Positions 1 through 12,530 of a DNA stretch of 64,000 nucleotides are shown piece after piece. Positions within the stretch are counted from its first letter, which is position 1. Each line of letters starts with the position of its first letter. A model generated the notes under the pieces. That model had not been told where the DNA came from and searched no databases. It worked only from the letters and a program-made list of their open reading frames with translations. Origin of the DNA: Hydrolagus affinis (Eukaryota); contig JAAILG010000076.1 in NCBI GenBank assembly GCA_012026655.1, positions 62,001-126,000 on the forward strand, read 5' to 3'. Position numbers and translations under genes: made by a program.

Positions 1-1356
1 ATCATAAACATTTGAACATTTGTTATCTTTATTTAACAGATTCTGCATCCACATTTGTAACTAGAAAGGGATGCGTTATACTTACCTCAGCGATAATGCT
101 GCATTTGAACAGATGGCATATATCACAGAAACTTCACTGCAGTCATTTTCAATTTGATCAGCTTCCTATATCATACACTCTTGATATGTGCCCATCAAAA
201 TTGATGCATCTTTACATGTCAAGTAAGCCAAAGGCATCAAGTTGTTTTAAAAGAGTAGACAATGAGGACTTGCATTCTCTCATGCACTTTATGATTGTGC
301 TAGATGGGAATATGGAAGCAACACACATTTTGTAAAACAAAAAAGGTTGTTTTCTGCTAGTGATTACTGCTGGTACTTGTTCCTTATGTGTCAATAATAG
401 CCCCATATTGTGCAATATTGCTATGATAAGATTGAAGCGAGAGGTAAAAAATAGTAATTTTGTGTGAAAAAACTGATCTGTTTTCAACTCCAACAAATGC
501 ACAAAAGATGAACCATTGAGCATGGAATGTCTGGTACTGGTACAGATCACAGCCATGCATTGTGTTTCTCAGATTAAGTAACTTTATTTTTCCACAAAAC
601 AAAACCCAGTAAATGTCTGGTTCCTCTGGTGACTGACCCTCATTTAATGCCCATATAAAGACCCTTTCCATCAGGGCTCACTTAATAATGGTTCACAGAC
701 TGCGAATTAACATATGTCCCTCCAAAACTGTACAGTTCAGTTCCACAATGAACAGACTGAATTACTGGGGAGTTACTGACACAGCCTTGCCTAACTTCGT
801 CTTGTTCAATTAACTGAACAAAGTTCTTCAGTACTTGTATAATATTACAAAACTGTATACTGAATGCAGCAATTCTATACCTCTGTAAATATTGTATGGC
901 TTCACAGTGAAACCCTTGCTTCCTTTCAGCTGTGGTGGGTCCGGTGTCAAAATGAAGCCTTCATCCTGCCGTGTAGTGCACAAATTCATGGTACTGTACT
1001 CAGCACTGATAAAAAAAAAAAGTGAAAAATGTGGTGGTTCTAATAGAGCCAATGCATTATCGAACGGGTTATTGAATCTATTTAAAACCGTTGTTTTTTT
1101 TTACCCTGGTAACAATGTCAATTCTACAAAAGGAAGCACTAAGGAGGCACAAATTTGCAGTTTTTTTACATTAAGCCCTCTGGATGAAATATTTGTTGAT
1201 TTCTGTGACAATTTTCTAAACCATTGATGTTACAGGTTGATAGTACTGCCCTCTACCATTTATTTATCTATATATTAAATACTTGTAAACACTTTTGGAA
1301 TAGTTTTAAAAACAAAGCTGCATTAGAACTATACCTATTAAGAGCATTTGCATTTT

Positions 1357-1898
1357 ACAACAACAACAAAATTCCACTTGTGTAGCACCTTTCATGTCAA
1401 GAGAACATCCCAAAGTGGTGGACAGTCATTGTTTCAGAACCGAGCTGAAGTTGGGGAAGGGTGGAGGGAGAAGTGGGGGTTTTGGGGTGACCGATAGGAC
1501 CATCGAAGGGTCTTGAGGCAGGACTTCAAGGAGGGGCAAGGTGGAGGGACTTCAGGATGGTGTTCCAGAGGTTGGGGGCAGAGTGGTTGAAGGCTCGCCA
1601 ATGGTGGGGCGGGTGGATAGGGAGACATGGAGCAGGCTGGAGCCTGCTGAGCAGAGGAGATAGAAAGGTTGGTAAGAGGTTAGGAGGTCGTAGAGGTATG
1701 GTGGGCAAAGGCCTTGAAGGGCTTTGAATTTGAGGACCAGGATTTTGAATTGGATCCTCTGGGTGACTGGGAGCCAGTGGAGTTGGGCGAGGATGGGGGT
1801 GATGGGATCATGAAGCTTGGAGCGATAGAGGAAATGGACCGCAGGGTTCTGGATTACCTGCAACCTATGGAGGAAGGAATTGGGAAGGCCGACAAGCA
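1357..1898 (-). mobile_element. 5'-truncated L2 (LINE2) retrotransposon: RT C-terminus, 3' UTR and (GTT)n tail
   Basis: The minus ORF 1552..2037 contains [17 protein letters not shown]...PITPILAQLHWLPVTQRIQFKILVL, a typical L2 ORF2 C-terminus. The tail with AAC repeats lies at 1357-1420. Confidence 0.9.
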
Positions 1899-2023
1899 AA
1901 TTTACAGTAATTTTAAAAAACTGAACAAACTTTGAAAGGTGCCAGTTAACATATTTGGGAAAGGCCAGATTTATATCACTTTCTGTTAACCGTGAGATAT
2001 AATCTATGGTGCGGACGATATGT

Positions 2024-2069
2024 TTCTGAGACACCATCTGGCGTGGAGGGCGCTATATAAATCAAAGTT
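2024..2069 (+). mobile_element. L2 3' tail fragment (second tail type), interrupted by a CR1 insertion
   Basis: tctgagacaccatctggcgtggagggcgctatataaatcaaagtt matches the L2 tail at 48980-49037. The GTT repeat resumes at 3214 after the CR1. Confidence 0.75.
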
Positions 2070-3211
2070 CATAGAATCATACGGCACAAAAGGAGGCCAT
2101 TCGGTCCATCTAATCTGTGCCGGCTCTTTGAACAGAGCAACTCAATCCCACTGCCCAGCTCAATCCCTGTAACCTAACAGACCTGCTCTTCCTAAATAAA
2201 GATCTAGTTCCCTTTTAAAAGCTGTTATGGAATCTGCCTCCATCACCTTTTCAGGCAATGCATTCCAGATTCGAACAACCTGCTGAGTGAAAAAATTTCT
2301 CCTCAGCTCCCCTCTGCTTCGTTTTGAAACTATTTTAAATCTGTAAGCACGAGTCACTGATTCGCCCACCAGTGGAAACAGTCTTTCCCTATTCACCCTG
2401 TCGAAACCTCTCATAATCTTATAAACCTCTATTAGGTCTCCTCTCAATCTTCTTTGTTCTAGAGAGAATAAACCTAGCCTATCTAGCCTTTCCTCGTAGC
2501 TGAAGTCTGGTACCATCCTAGTAAATCTCTTCTGCACCCTTTCCAATGCCTTAATATCCTTCCTAAAGTGTGGTGACCAGAATTGTACACAGTACTCCAG
2601 CTGAGGCCTAACCAAAGTCTTATAGAGGTTAATCAGCACTTCCTGACTTTTGTATTCTATACCCCTATTTATAAAGCCTAGTATCCCATATGCCTTCTTA
2701 ATGGCTTTGTCTACCTGTCCTGCCACTTTCAAAGAGTCACCAACACAAATCCCCCGGTCTCTCTGTTCCTTCACACCCTTTAAAATTGTACTATCTAGCC
2801 TATATTGCCTCCCCTCATTTCTTCTCCCAAAGTGTATCACCTCACACTTTTCTGTATTAAACTTCATCTGTCATGTGTCTGCCCACTTTACCATTTTATC
2901 TATATCCTCTTGCAGATGGCTACTATCCTCCTCACTATTTACTATTCTCCCTAACTTAGTATTATTTGCAAATTTGGAAACCGTACTCCCTAAACCCAAT
3001 TCAAATCATTAATGTATATTAAAAAGAGCAGTGGTCCCAAAACTGATCCCTGGGGGATGCCACTGCACACTTCCCTCCAGTCTGAAAAGCAGACACTCAC
3101 CACAACTCTCTGCTTTCTGTCTCGCAGCCAGTTGTGGATCCACTCTATCACTGTCCCTTTAATGCCGTGGGCCTCTATTTTCCTAATAAGCCTCTCATGC
3201 GGCACTTTGTC
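2070..3211 (-). mobile_element. 5'-truncated CR1 LINE (RT pseudogene plus 3' UTR)
   Basis: ORFs 2990..3232 (DKVPHERL, SGIPQGSVLGPLLFLIYINDL) and 2160..2867 (MKFNTEKCEVIHFG, YKTLVRPQLEYCVQFWSPH, RRLRGDLIEVYKI) are CR1 RT. The catalytic FADD has decayed to FANN. The 3' end reads gaatggcctcc...atgattctatg. Candidate TSD aagtt at 2065-2069 and 3212-3216. Confidence 0.95.
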
Positions 3212-3729
3212 AAGTTGTTGTATGTCATGCATATGTTATCAGCCCGGTCCATTCTTAAAATAGGTTTGGATTGTATTGATGCTGTGTCACTTATACCAGA
3301 TTATTGATTAAAACTATGGATCTAATAGAAATCAATAGACTGGAGATCAGTGGAGAATAAAACTACATTAGATATCTTTGGAACAAATTAACAGCACAAA
3401 TAGGAAACAATTTGAGTATGAATTCATCCACTCGCAGTAAATGCCAACATTTCTTGCAGATCTCCAGACATTTCTTCACCAAAACGTTTTTAACACTCTA
3501 ATGTAACAGGATAAAAAAAAGCTGGCAGAGATAAAATATTGAACATATGATACATACATTAAATAGTTGTGCAATAAATTTATTATGCTGTGGTTTGGCA
3601 CAATTCCAAAGTTTATTAATTTGCTTGGAACATAATTGTTTGGTAGATTCTATGCCTATGTGGTTGTACATTTTTAATTAAGATGGAAAACTTGAGATGA
3701 GCTTGTTCATCTGCCACATAAGCCATTGT

Positions 3730-3734
<5 letters not shown>

Positions 3735-3772
<38 letters not shown>
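3735..3772. repeat. (TA)n(CA)n compound microsatellite
   Basis: Read directly from the sequence. Confidence 0.95.
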
Positions 3773-4909
3773 GTATGTATCTTTATGTATACATATATAT
3801 TATATTGCGTAAATATATATAAAATATATGTTATGATGAACTGCTGAATGGAAAAGGTGAGACTATGACATTTTCTTCCTGTACCAGCTAGCTACTGTAA
3901 CACAAGAGTATCTCCACTGACTTTAATTTCAACATGACACCAGATGCAAACTGAAATTAATGGAGAGATTTGGCTGGAGTGAGTATCTTGTTTTGATGAA
4001 TCATCCAGAAGCTTGCAAATGAATGCACTGCTATTGGCAAATGTTACTTTATCCACAAAGATATCATAATTCATATAATCTCTAATTGGCATAAAAGAAC
4101 AAGGTGAAGATCTTTGTACTGTCAAACCAAAAGATTGACTTTAAAAAGTTTCTTCCATTTATCTGAAAATTAACCTTATGAAAGACACTTCTGCAGTTCC
4201 ACACACTTACTACACTGTGTAACATTCAATATTACAATAGGAATATTTCCACACAATTGTAATGATCTTTAAATTGTTCATTCTGTAAATTTGAAAGAAA
4301 AATTCAGTGCTTGGAATGGTTATCAAATGGATATGAGAATATCAGGTTTGAGGACAGATCAGACTTAGTTAAAGGAACCCAGGACCCAGATCTGATTTGT
4401 AGATATAAATTATTGGACCATATTTATCCATGTATAATGTTGAGGGGATGTTTGGGAGGGAGGAGCCATCAAACGCAGAGTTGTCCATATCCACCTGCTT
4501 CACTGTTCATACACTCAGTCACAAGACAGGTTTTAATATTTTCAGAGTACTCAATCTATTCTTCACAGACCTATAGGAAGTTGATTCTTGACGTCTAGGT
4601 CTCAATTACCAATTCCAATAACTCAGTTTAATTACTCAATACATTCTTGGTGTCCTCTTGAAATGTATTTTATTCTTTGTAAAAACAGTTTGCGTCTATT
4701 TTTATTAGTAACATCCTGTGCAGTGACCAAAGTGTAAGTTCTGTATGATAGAAACACCCCACCTTCTTTTACTTCACCCAAATGGTTAGTCTCACCCATG
4801 AAGTATAAGTATGAGAGAAACCTTCCCTCTCCATGTGCTATGAATGGACAATTTCACTTTATTTTATCCTTTTCTACAACTGAACTGTTTCTCCTCTACC
4901 TGTTTTATT

Positions 4910-5130
4910 ATCTTCAGCCATTCATGTCTGAGACATGGCAGTTATTGTCGGCAGGCTATTTGCTCATGAAATGCATTGCAGCTGACCCCGATCCTGTCCT
5001 CACTCGTCATCAGCCCAAGAGCTGAAGGACATTCACTGATGCACTTCATCTATGGCTCCCTCCAGAAGCAAGTCTTGCTAAATTGATGCTTACCTCACAT
5101 TGTCATACTGCCTAAAAGGGGTGCACAGTT
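4910..5130 (-). repeat. Ancient unclassified dispersed repeat (gtgaggacaggatc family)
   Basis: The reverse complement gtgaggacaggatcgggg...aaatagcctgccgaca aligns by eye with 7699-7830 (+) and 33820-33945 (-). Confidence 0.6.
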
Positions 5131-5387
5131 TTCCTTTGATGACACAATTTAAACTGACTTCCATCAACAGAGGCAAGAAACCCTCAGAGCCAATACAACA
5201 GCCAACATATTGACCAAAAATGCTACCTTTGCACCTGTTATCTTTTCCACCTTTTATCATTCCCCCCCACCTCCATTTTCCTGAAGGAGTGTAAGTCTTT
5301 TTTCCTTCTACTATGTTGCAGTTCCACATGTACCGATTACACAAGTGCACAGAGAACATTTGCATTGCCTTTTAACAACCAGGCTGA

Positions 5388-5555
5388 GATCATGAAATAT
5401 ATTACAGCTGACCACAATCCAGTCCTCACCCATCATTAGCACAAGAGCTTAAGGCCACTCATTGATGCACTCCCTCATTTTCCCTTTCCAGAAGCAAGTT
5501 TTGCTGAATGGATGCTTGCCTCACATTATCAGTACAGCCAAAAAGTGGAGTAGAG
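5388..5555 (-). repeat. Diverged direct copy of 4962-5130
   Basis: Colinear blocks catgaaat/cagctgacc/gtcctcac/caagagct/tgatgcact/tccagaagcaagt/gatgctt/cctcacatt occur in both copies. Confidence 0.8.
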
Positions 5556-5909
5556 TCCTGAAGCTTGGTGGTTAGAGCTCTCACCTCATAAGCGAGAAGA
5601 CCTGGATTTGATTTCCAGACAGGGCAAAACATTAGGCAAGTTTCCTTACTCCATATGCCTCTGTTTACCTAGCACTAACAAGGAAACTCGTTGTTGGTTG
5701 ATTGCAAATCGCTTTTCCGGGGTTAATCCCTTCAAAACATGTTTTTTTTTATTTGGTTACTCAAGGCTGTGTGCAATTGGCTGCCGCATTTTGCCCATAA
5801 AGTATACAGTCAATTCACTTTACAGTATATTCTGTGAAGCGCTTCAAGGCAGTTCAAAGACATAATAAAGTACACTATCAAAAGCAAGGATGATTATTAT
5901 TATTATTAT
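5551..5909 (+). mobile_element. tRNA-derived SINE, long variant
   Basis: Degenerate A/B-box head, then ggcaagtttccttactcc, a central ctctgtttacctagca block, the gtgcaattggctgccgc...cactttacagtatattctgtgaagcgc body and an (ATT)n tail. Confidence 0.85.
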
Positions 5910-7694
5910 CACTAATGCCTGCAAATCAAAGTTTTTTGAATGTGTTTAAGTCTGTAAAACATGTTCAACTTTTCATTGGATAAACTTACTAGACAATCGG
6001 GGATCCCAATTTAACTCAACTATAATCAGTTTTATTAACGTATACCTTATCTTAGTCATTACAGAAATTATACAGTACAGGCAAATCAGCAATAAACATG
6101 CACCTCATTTGTAGTTCACCACTTTTTCCAATTGTTGATTAATGGGTCTGAACTGGAGGGCTCTTGAATTAGAACTGCTCTTGAGAATCCAAAGGTTAAT
6201 TTTGAAATGATTACAAATCGTCCATTCTCACAGTGCTTAATCTACTTTGCTAATAGATTGGAAATGTGGACATTAATAAAATATGGATTTAATATCAGTA
6301 CAACATGTATTGCAAAAGGTCAGTAACACTTTCAGCTGCCCCAGATATCCAAACCATTCCTCAAAAATAGTTAAAAATTGCTAAATACCTTTTCTTTTTA
6401 AGTAGCTAACTGTGCATATGTAATTTTTTTAAAAATCACTAAATTTGCACTGCACATTATTCAGATTCTCAAGGCTGGGAATTTGCATCTCAGAAGGTTG
6501 ATTTTTTTTTTCTTTCCCCTCTCTCATTTCCTTCCTACTGCTTACACAGCAGCCTTCCCAATGGCTGCTGTGTAACTTTTCTCAACCAAGACGGTTGGGA
6601 TCATCAAGCCCATGGGTTGTTCCATCAATGCTTCTCTGTGATTGGCATGCAGGAATAGAGATTTCCAGCTCAGCAAGCCACGGTTGCTTCCCCTCCCCAG
6701 AGAAGAAGCACCTCACCTCTACACTGTGCTGCTCCATCTAGTATTCTGCCACCAAACTGACAAAAATCACTCAAATGAGGCCGATAGATTTGAGCGACAG
6801 GCAGTCTTGGGACCTGAATCTGTGATCTCTGGGCACCTGAATGAGTGGGGCTGCAAGAGACAGTTGCAGTTGTAACAAGGAAAGATTTAGAGCATTGTGA
6901 AAGGAGCCACCTGGACCACATCTGCACTATATATTTTCTGACATCTTTATACAGGATTTATTTTGATCGCTTGAAATACTTGTTGTGTTACTCCCACTGC
7001 TGTGAATGGAGCCTTCTGAGTGGAAACAATTTAGAAGTTTGTACGTAATGGATCCCCTTTGTATTAACTGGAACAACTGCCTCCAAATTACAATTGATGG
7101 TGCTTTCCTGCTGATACTATGAAAGTTACAGACAATGTGGACTAATTTGCAGCATTTCCAAACTGGGTATTGTTATAGTAATTGTGGCTTCTGTTTTTTT
7201 TGGATTACACAATTCCAAATTCATCTCCCAACCAAGGTCTCACAACCTTTAGTTGATGTGCAAGGGGATTACCTGGAGAAAAGACAGTTTAGGATGCAGG
7301 CACTTTAAAAATAGTTAAGTGGCAGTTGCCCCACTAGAGTAATTTTAAATGCCATTGTGCTATCTCAATGGAATTATGAAGTTCTCAGTGATAGTATATT
7401 GAATAATCCCTGTTAAATTCTACTCCAATGTGCACTGGTGTGAATTGTGATTTGCAGCTGTGTTTTGGCCCCCAGTGTGTTGCTGCTGGAAATGAATTGA
7501 TTGCTGTGGTTGCGTCGTGCACCAGTACGTATTATAGGCATTGGCACAATATAGGTACAGTAAAGTAAGTTAACCTCTTCAGTGAATTACAAGTTGAAGT
7601 TTGACGTTATTCTGTTAATATAAACTGCTCATACTGTCAGCTTCACTCAAAGGCCAGATTCAAAACATTAACCTGTTTTACTCTTGTTGATATC

Positions 7695-7830
7695 CAGTTG
7701 GGTGAGGACAGGATCAGGTTCAGGTTAGTTTCAATACCCTCTTGGATCAGATAGCTGGCCAACACTTACAGTTTAGGCTCATCTATAATGAAGAGGCCAC
7801 TTGAGTGAGGTACCACAAGGCAGTTGGTGA
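7695..7830 (+). repeat. Ancient unclassified dispersed repeat (gtgaggacaggatc family)
   Basis: Similar to 4910-5003 (-) and 33820-33945 (-). Confidence 0.6.
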
Positions 7831-9663
7831 TCTGAGTTTTTGGTCCAGATCATCACCTCAAATTTGTACATTTGGAAAGGCTTTTAATGTACTCACAGTA
7901 TTATCCTTATCTGAATTATTTAGGTTGAAACATTTCTACGATATAATAAGTAATGATGATCATCCTTGCAGTTGATATAGCACCCCATCACTGAGGTGGG
8001 GGGGGGGGGACATTTCAAATCAGGTCACAGGATTTATTGTCAAGGGTAAGGATTTACCGTCTTATTTTTGTAAGCGAAGCACCTGCAACGTCAAGGAATT
8101 ACTGTTCGAGTAGTGCTTGTATTAGTTGGCAAACATAGTGGACAAGCAACAACAACTTGCGGTTATATAATGCCCTTTATGTTTGACAGCGTCTTGGAGC
8201 ACTTAAAGCACTGTTAAGAAATTTACTCACTTAATTACTGCCATTGCTTGAGGAACACCATAGACTGAACAGAAAATGTGATGTAATTGTGCCCAGCAAA
8301 TAATTAATGAACACTTCATTTGGACCCATCGAGATTTTCTATTTAGAATTGTGGCTATAGTTAATTTTTAATAATAGTATTACAATAAAAAAAAGTTTCT
8401 ACTGACAACTGAGTGGCTTTAACATTAGGGTTTGATTCAGTTCCGGTTTGTGAGCAGAAAACATAAGAAATTGCTATCTCAGGGAGCTCAGGATTCCCTG
8501 GAGGTGCTCCCATTCCAAAGGCTAATAGGCAGGAAGCTGTATCTCTCACACTAGTAAAATAGTAGTAAAATATGAAGCATTAAAATAGAAAAAAACAAAG
8601 TGGTAGTAGGAGAGCAACTTACTGAGAAGAGAGCAATAATTAAAGAGACATCTCAAAAGACTCCAAGAAAAAATCATCATAGATCAATGGGTTGAAATTT
8701 ATGACATTTTATAATGTCTTTACTGTGATAATTAGTACATCAAATACATGAAGTTTTCAAATATCATCCCATTAATCAGAAGGTGTTCAGTGGAATGATA
8801 TTGGATCCATGGTGTCTTAAGACAATGTAAGTGTTTCAGTGTGAATAACTTCACAAGTGTGAAACTCTCAGCAACACAGTGAAGGCAGCTATAGAAGCTA
8901 AAAAAAAAATTTGTACAGTACCATTACTCTAATACAGTAGTGTTATGGTAGACCAATAATTAACAAAAATATTATTCTTCAAACAGTAGTTAATTTGTGA
9001 GCCACATTCCTAGCAAAATCAAGTTGCATGCATTGATTAAGTCTTCCAAAAAAAAATGCATGTATGCATATCTGCTTTTATTGAAAGATGTGGGAAAAGC
9101 AAAAGCTGGAAACATTATTTGGAATTATTTCTGTGGTGCGAGGGTGTAGAGGAATTGAGGAGGAAACACTTATGCATGGAAGGAGGTTGGATTTGAATAC
9201 AAGACCGATCTTGTGCCTAGAATTCTACTTCGTCACTGTGTTAGACCATCTTGTCTTAAAATTTAAGATCATACAGAGAAATGTTGGAAGGTTTTCCCAG
9301 AGAGAGGCTGAGATTCGACAAAGCTCAGTAAAAGATTCTGGAGACTTTTTTTTTCTTATTTCAGTCTTGTGGATCCAAGTCAATTCTTTGAAATATACCA
9401 ATGAATTTCAGTAACATCTTGAAAGCTGGTGAGATGATTACATTTTTTATATATAGTTGAACTGAGAACTAAAAGTACAGATAGGAAGCATGGGGTGGGG
9501 GGTGAAAACCAATAAAACCAAACAATGAATAGTGAAAGAACTCAAAAGGAAACTACGTGAATGTCATTTCATTTTGTGTTCATTTCAAGTCAGAAAAATC
9601 TGGTTAATGAAAAAGTGTCCTCCAGTGCAGGGTATGAATTGGAACCTAGTCTTTCCTTTGGGT

Positions 9664-9981
9664 ATAATAAATAATAATACTTGCATTTGATATAGCGCTT
9701 TTCACATCTTCTAGCCATCTCAAAGCACTTTACCGAATATACTGTAAAGTGAATGGACTGTATATATTTGAGCGAAACGCGGCAGCCAATTGCACACAGC
9801 AGTGTCACACAAACAGTCGTGGATTGAAATTACCAATTTTGTTATTGTTTGTTTTTTGGGGGGATTATTATTAGGCATGTGGAGCAAGGAAACTTGCCCA
9901 AGGTTTTGCCCTACCTGGAATCGAACCCAGGCCTCTCGCTTATAAGGCGAGTGCTCTAACCACTGAGCTACAGGACTCCAC
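9664..9981 (-). mobile_element. Full-length tRNA-derived SINE, short variant
   Basis: The minus strand reads gtggagtcctgTAGCTCAGTGGttagagc...GGTTCGATTCC (Pol III A and B boxes), then the shared body, an L2-like hairpin tail and (ATT)n. Confidence 0.92.
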
Positions 9982-11409
9982 ATTATCTTCAAAGTATTTA
10001 TGCTCTGCATTATTTAGAAAATGTGTGTTGAGGTGCCAAGTCCATCTGAAAGAAATCAACCTTTTTGGTCCAACAGAAATGAAAGATCAGTGGAATAACA
10101 AAAAGGTAAGGGAGTAAATCTGATAGTAAATAAGACTTACATTTATGGTCTTAAGTTAAAATTAGAGATGAAATTCCAAAGGCAATAGACATAAACAAAT
10201 TACTTGGTTTCAAAATGTTTAAGTGGTAAACGTTTATCCTAATACACTTTAGCCCAGCAATGTCTAGGTTCCTGTATGAGTGCCTTTCTGTAATGAATGG
10301 ACAAATAATAAGCAAATTAAAATTCTTCCTTAATTCTCTTCGATGCAGAATAATAGATAGTCATCACATTAAGTGTTTGGCAGATGGCGAGATGCCAGGG
10401 AAAGGGAAAAGTAGAAGCATTTGCAGCGTGCTATTAAACTATTCCAGATTCTACCTGTAGTTTTAATTTGTATTATCTTATTTGCCTCAGTCAGTCTGCA
10501 CCAATCAATTAACCACGCAATTGTATGTGGAAAATAGCCCACAGAGAAAAATCACTCTATATTGTACTTAAAAGTAAATGATCTCTGCAACAAGGAATGT
10601 ACTCCGAGCAGAAGTACAGTATGTGCTTCATGTAATGTTTCAAAGAAGTGGCCACAGACGTGAAAGAGGCAGTAGAGCAATTACTGACCGTAGACCTGAT
10701 TTGATATGCTTAAAAATGCCATCTCTAAAAGACCAAGTGTCCTTTCAAACTTTCCTCCAGACTTTGGCAAGGTGACTCGGTGTCTTTACTGCATAGTGAG
10801 AGCCATAACGACACTTAGGCTCTCTGATACATCACATCAATTCCCATCGAGAATTCATTCCCTGCCGGGCATCCGTTTGCATCCAGGTCTCATGTCTGCT
10901 GCCAGACTGCCAATGCCGACATCTCCCTGCCAATGTACAGCATGCTCAAGGCACACAATATACGACTGCTATTCCCCAGTTCAACACGATTCTGCCCTGC
11001 ATTCTGAATTTCTGTAATACAATAAAACAGGATGAACACCAGCATCCCCAATAGGTACGTCTAACACCAGGAATCACTTAGAAGCAGCCTGCAATCCTCT
11101 GAATAGGTCAGAGTGCAGAGCCCTACAATATGGAGCATTTCAACAACAGCAGCAAGGATGTTGAATAAAACTGAGGGATAAACAGTACACAGCCTGTTGC
11201 GTTTTACGGAATAAAATAATCCCATAATGGTCCTGTACAGTAAAGGTTCACAATAAAACGTCACAGGATTTTACTGTAAAGTGTAACAACAATATCATAT
11301 AGTCAAACATGGCAGCTAATTCGTGCATAGCAATGCTCCATGAACAGTTAAGTCACGGGTCAAATTATAATTTTTTAAAATCTGAGTGATTGTTGTCTAG
11401 GATATCAGG

Positions 11410-12030
11410 AAAAACTGATTACCCATCTCTGCCACTACCTCTCTGCTGGGCCATCGATACCCTTATCTATGCTATTATCCAGACTAACTCCCTGCTCACC
11501 GGACTTCCCAACTTTTCACCTCCACAAGATGCAGATTACATGCGAGTGTCCACTTCCATACCAGGCTCCATGAGCCTATCAGCTGTATCCTTGTCTGGCT
11601 TCACTGTCTCCCTATCCCCTAGATGATCCAGTTCAAGATCCATGTCCTCACTTCGAAAGCCCTCTATGGTCTTGCTCCACCCTATCTCTGAACTGCAGAA
11701 ACTCTCTCAACCTGCCTGCTTTTTCCACTTGGGAGGAAGTAGCCGGCTCCACATGCCCCACCCTGCTGCCCTACCATCAACAATTGGGCCTTCAGGCTTT
11801 CTGTCCCCACACAAAACTCCATTTGATTCCCTTCGCATTACCCATTCCTTTCTTCATGGTCCATCTCAAGACCTTCCTCTTTGACCTTGTCTTTGGTAAT
11901 CTTCATATCCTTACCATCTTACCAGCCAGCCTTCTTGAATCCACCCCTAGCTTGGATGCAAGCTCTCAACTCTCTTGGGGAATCCCCAGAACATGAGTGG
12001 GGCTGCATAAATGTAATTTACTGTTGTTTT
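11410..12030 (+). mobile_element. Old degenerate L2 3' fragment
   Basis: Residual L2 motifs (ttcaagatcc, ctccaccctatctct, ctcaagaccttcctctttgacc) and the tail cataaatgtaatttactgttgtt. Confidence 0.7.
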
Positions 12031-12039
12031 GGATTAGCA

Positions 12040-12175
12040 CTAATGTCTCATTGAAAGAACAGGACCTCGAACAATGCAGTATTTTCCCAGCATTGCACAG
12101 TTATTGCCAGAGATCTTACAGTCCCAACACAGAGTTTTTGGGAAAGAGCACTACCAACTGAACCTGGCTGAAACC
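12040..12175 (-). mobile_element. Old Deu-domain SINE, 5' part
   Basis: taatgtctcattgaaagaacaggacctcgaacaatgcag...cagcattgcac...gagcactaccaactgaac is the reverse complement of a tRNA head plus Deu domain. Similar to 61760-61915. Confidence 0.6.
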
Positions 12176-12176
12176 T

Positions 12177-12530
12177 AATAAATGGAGTCTACCAACTTAA
12201 CTATCTTGGTGGAGTCCTGTAGCTCAGTGGTTAGTGCACTCACCTTACAAACATGAGACCTGTGTTTGAATCCAGGCAGGTCAGCGCAAAACCTTGGGCA
12301 GGTTTCCTTACTCCACATGCCTCATAATAATCCCTCAAAAACAAACAATAATAAAATTGGTCATTTCAATCCACGACTGTTTGTGGGACACTGCTGTGCG
12401 CAATTGGCTGCCGCATTTCGCCCACAGATATTCAATTCACTTTACAGTATATTCTGTGAAGAGCTTTGAGATGTCTAGAAGGTGTGAAAAGCGCTATATC
12501 AAAGGATTATTATTTATTAATATTATTATC
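12177..12530 (+). mobile_element. Full-length tRNA-derived SINE with ~33-bp 5' leader
   Basis: Head from ~12210, shared body and tail. The leader is shared with 22926-22958. Confidence 0.92.

Noticed and set aside
2160-2867. Functional reverse transcriptase gene
   Set aside because: 5'-truncated CR1 with a frameshift and the catalytic DD mutated to NN.
9905-9981. tRNA gene
   Set aside because: A and B boxes are present, but the sequence continues into a multi-copy SINE body and tail. The same holds for 12210, 22959 and 58372.
6955-10105. Exon candidates 6955-7040 and 10077-10105
   Set aside because: Joining them creates a TAA at the junction, and neither has independent support.
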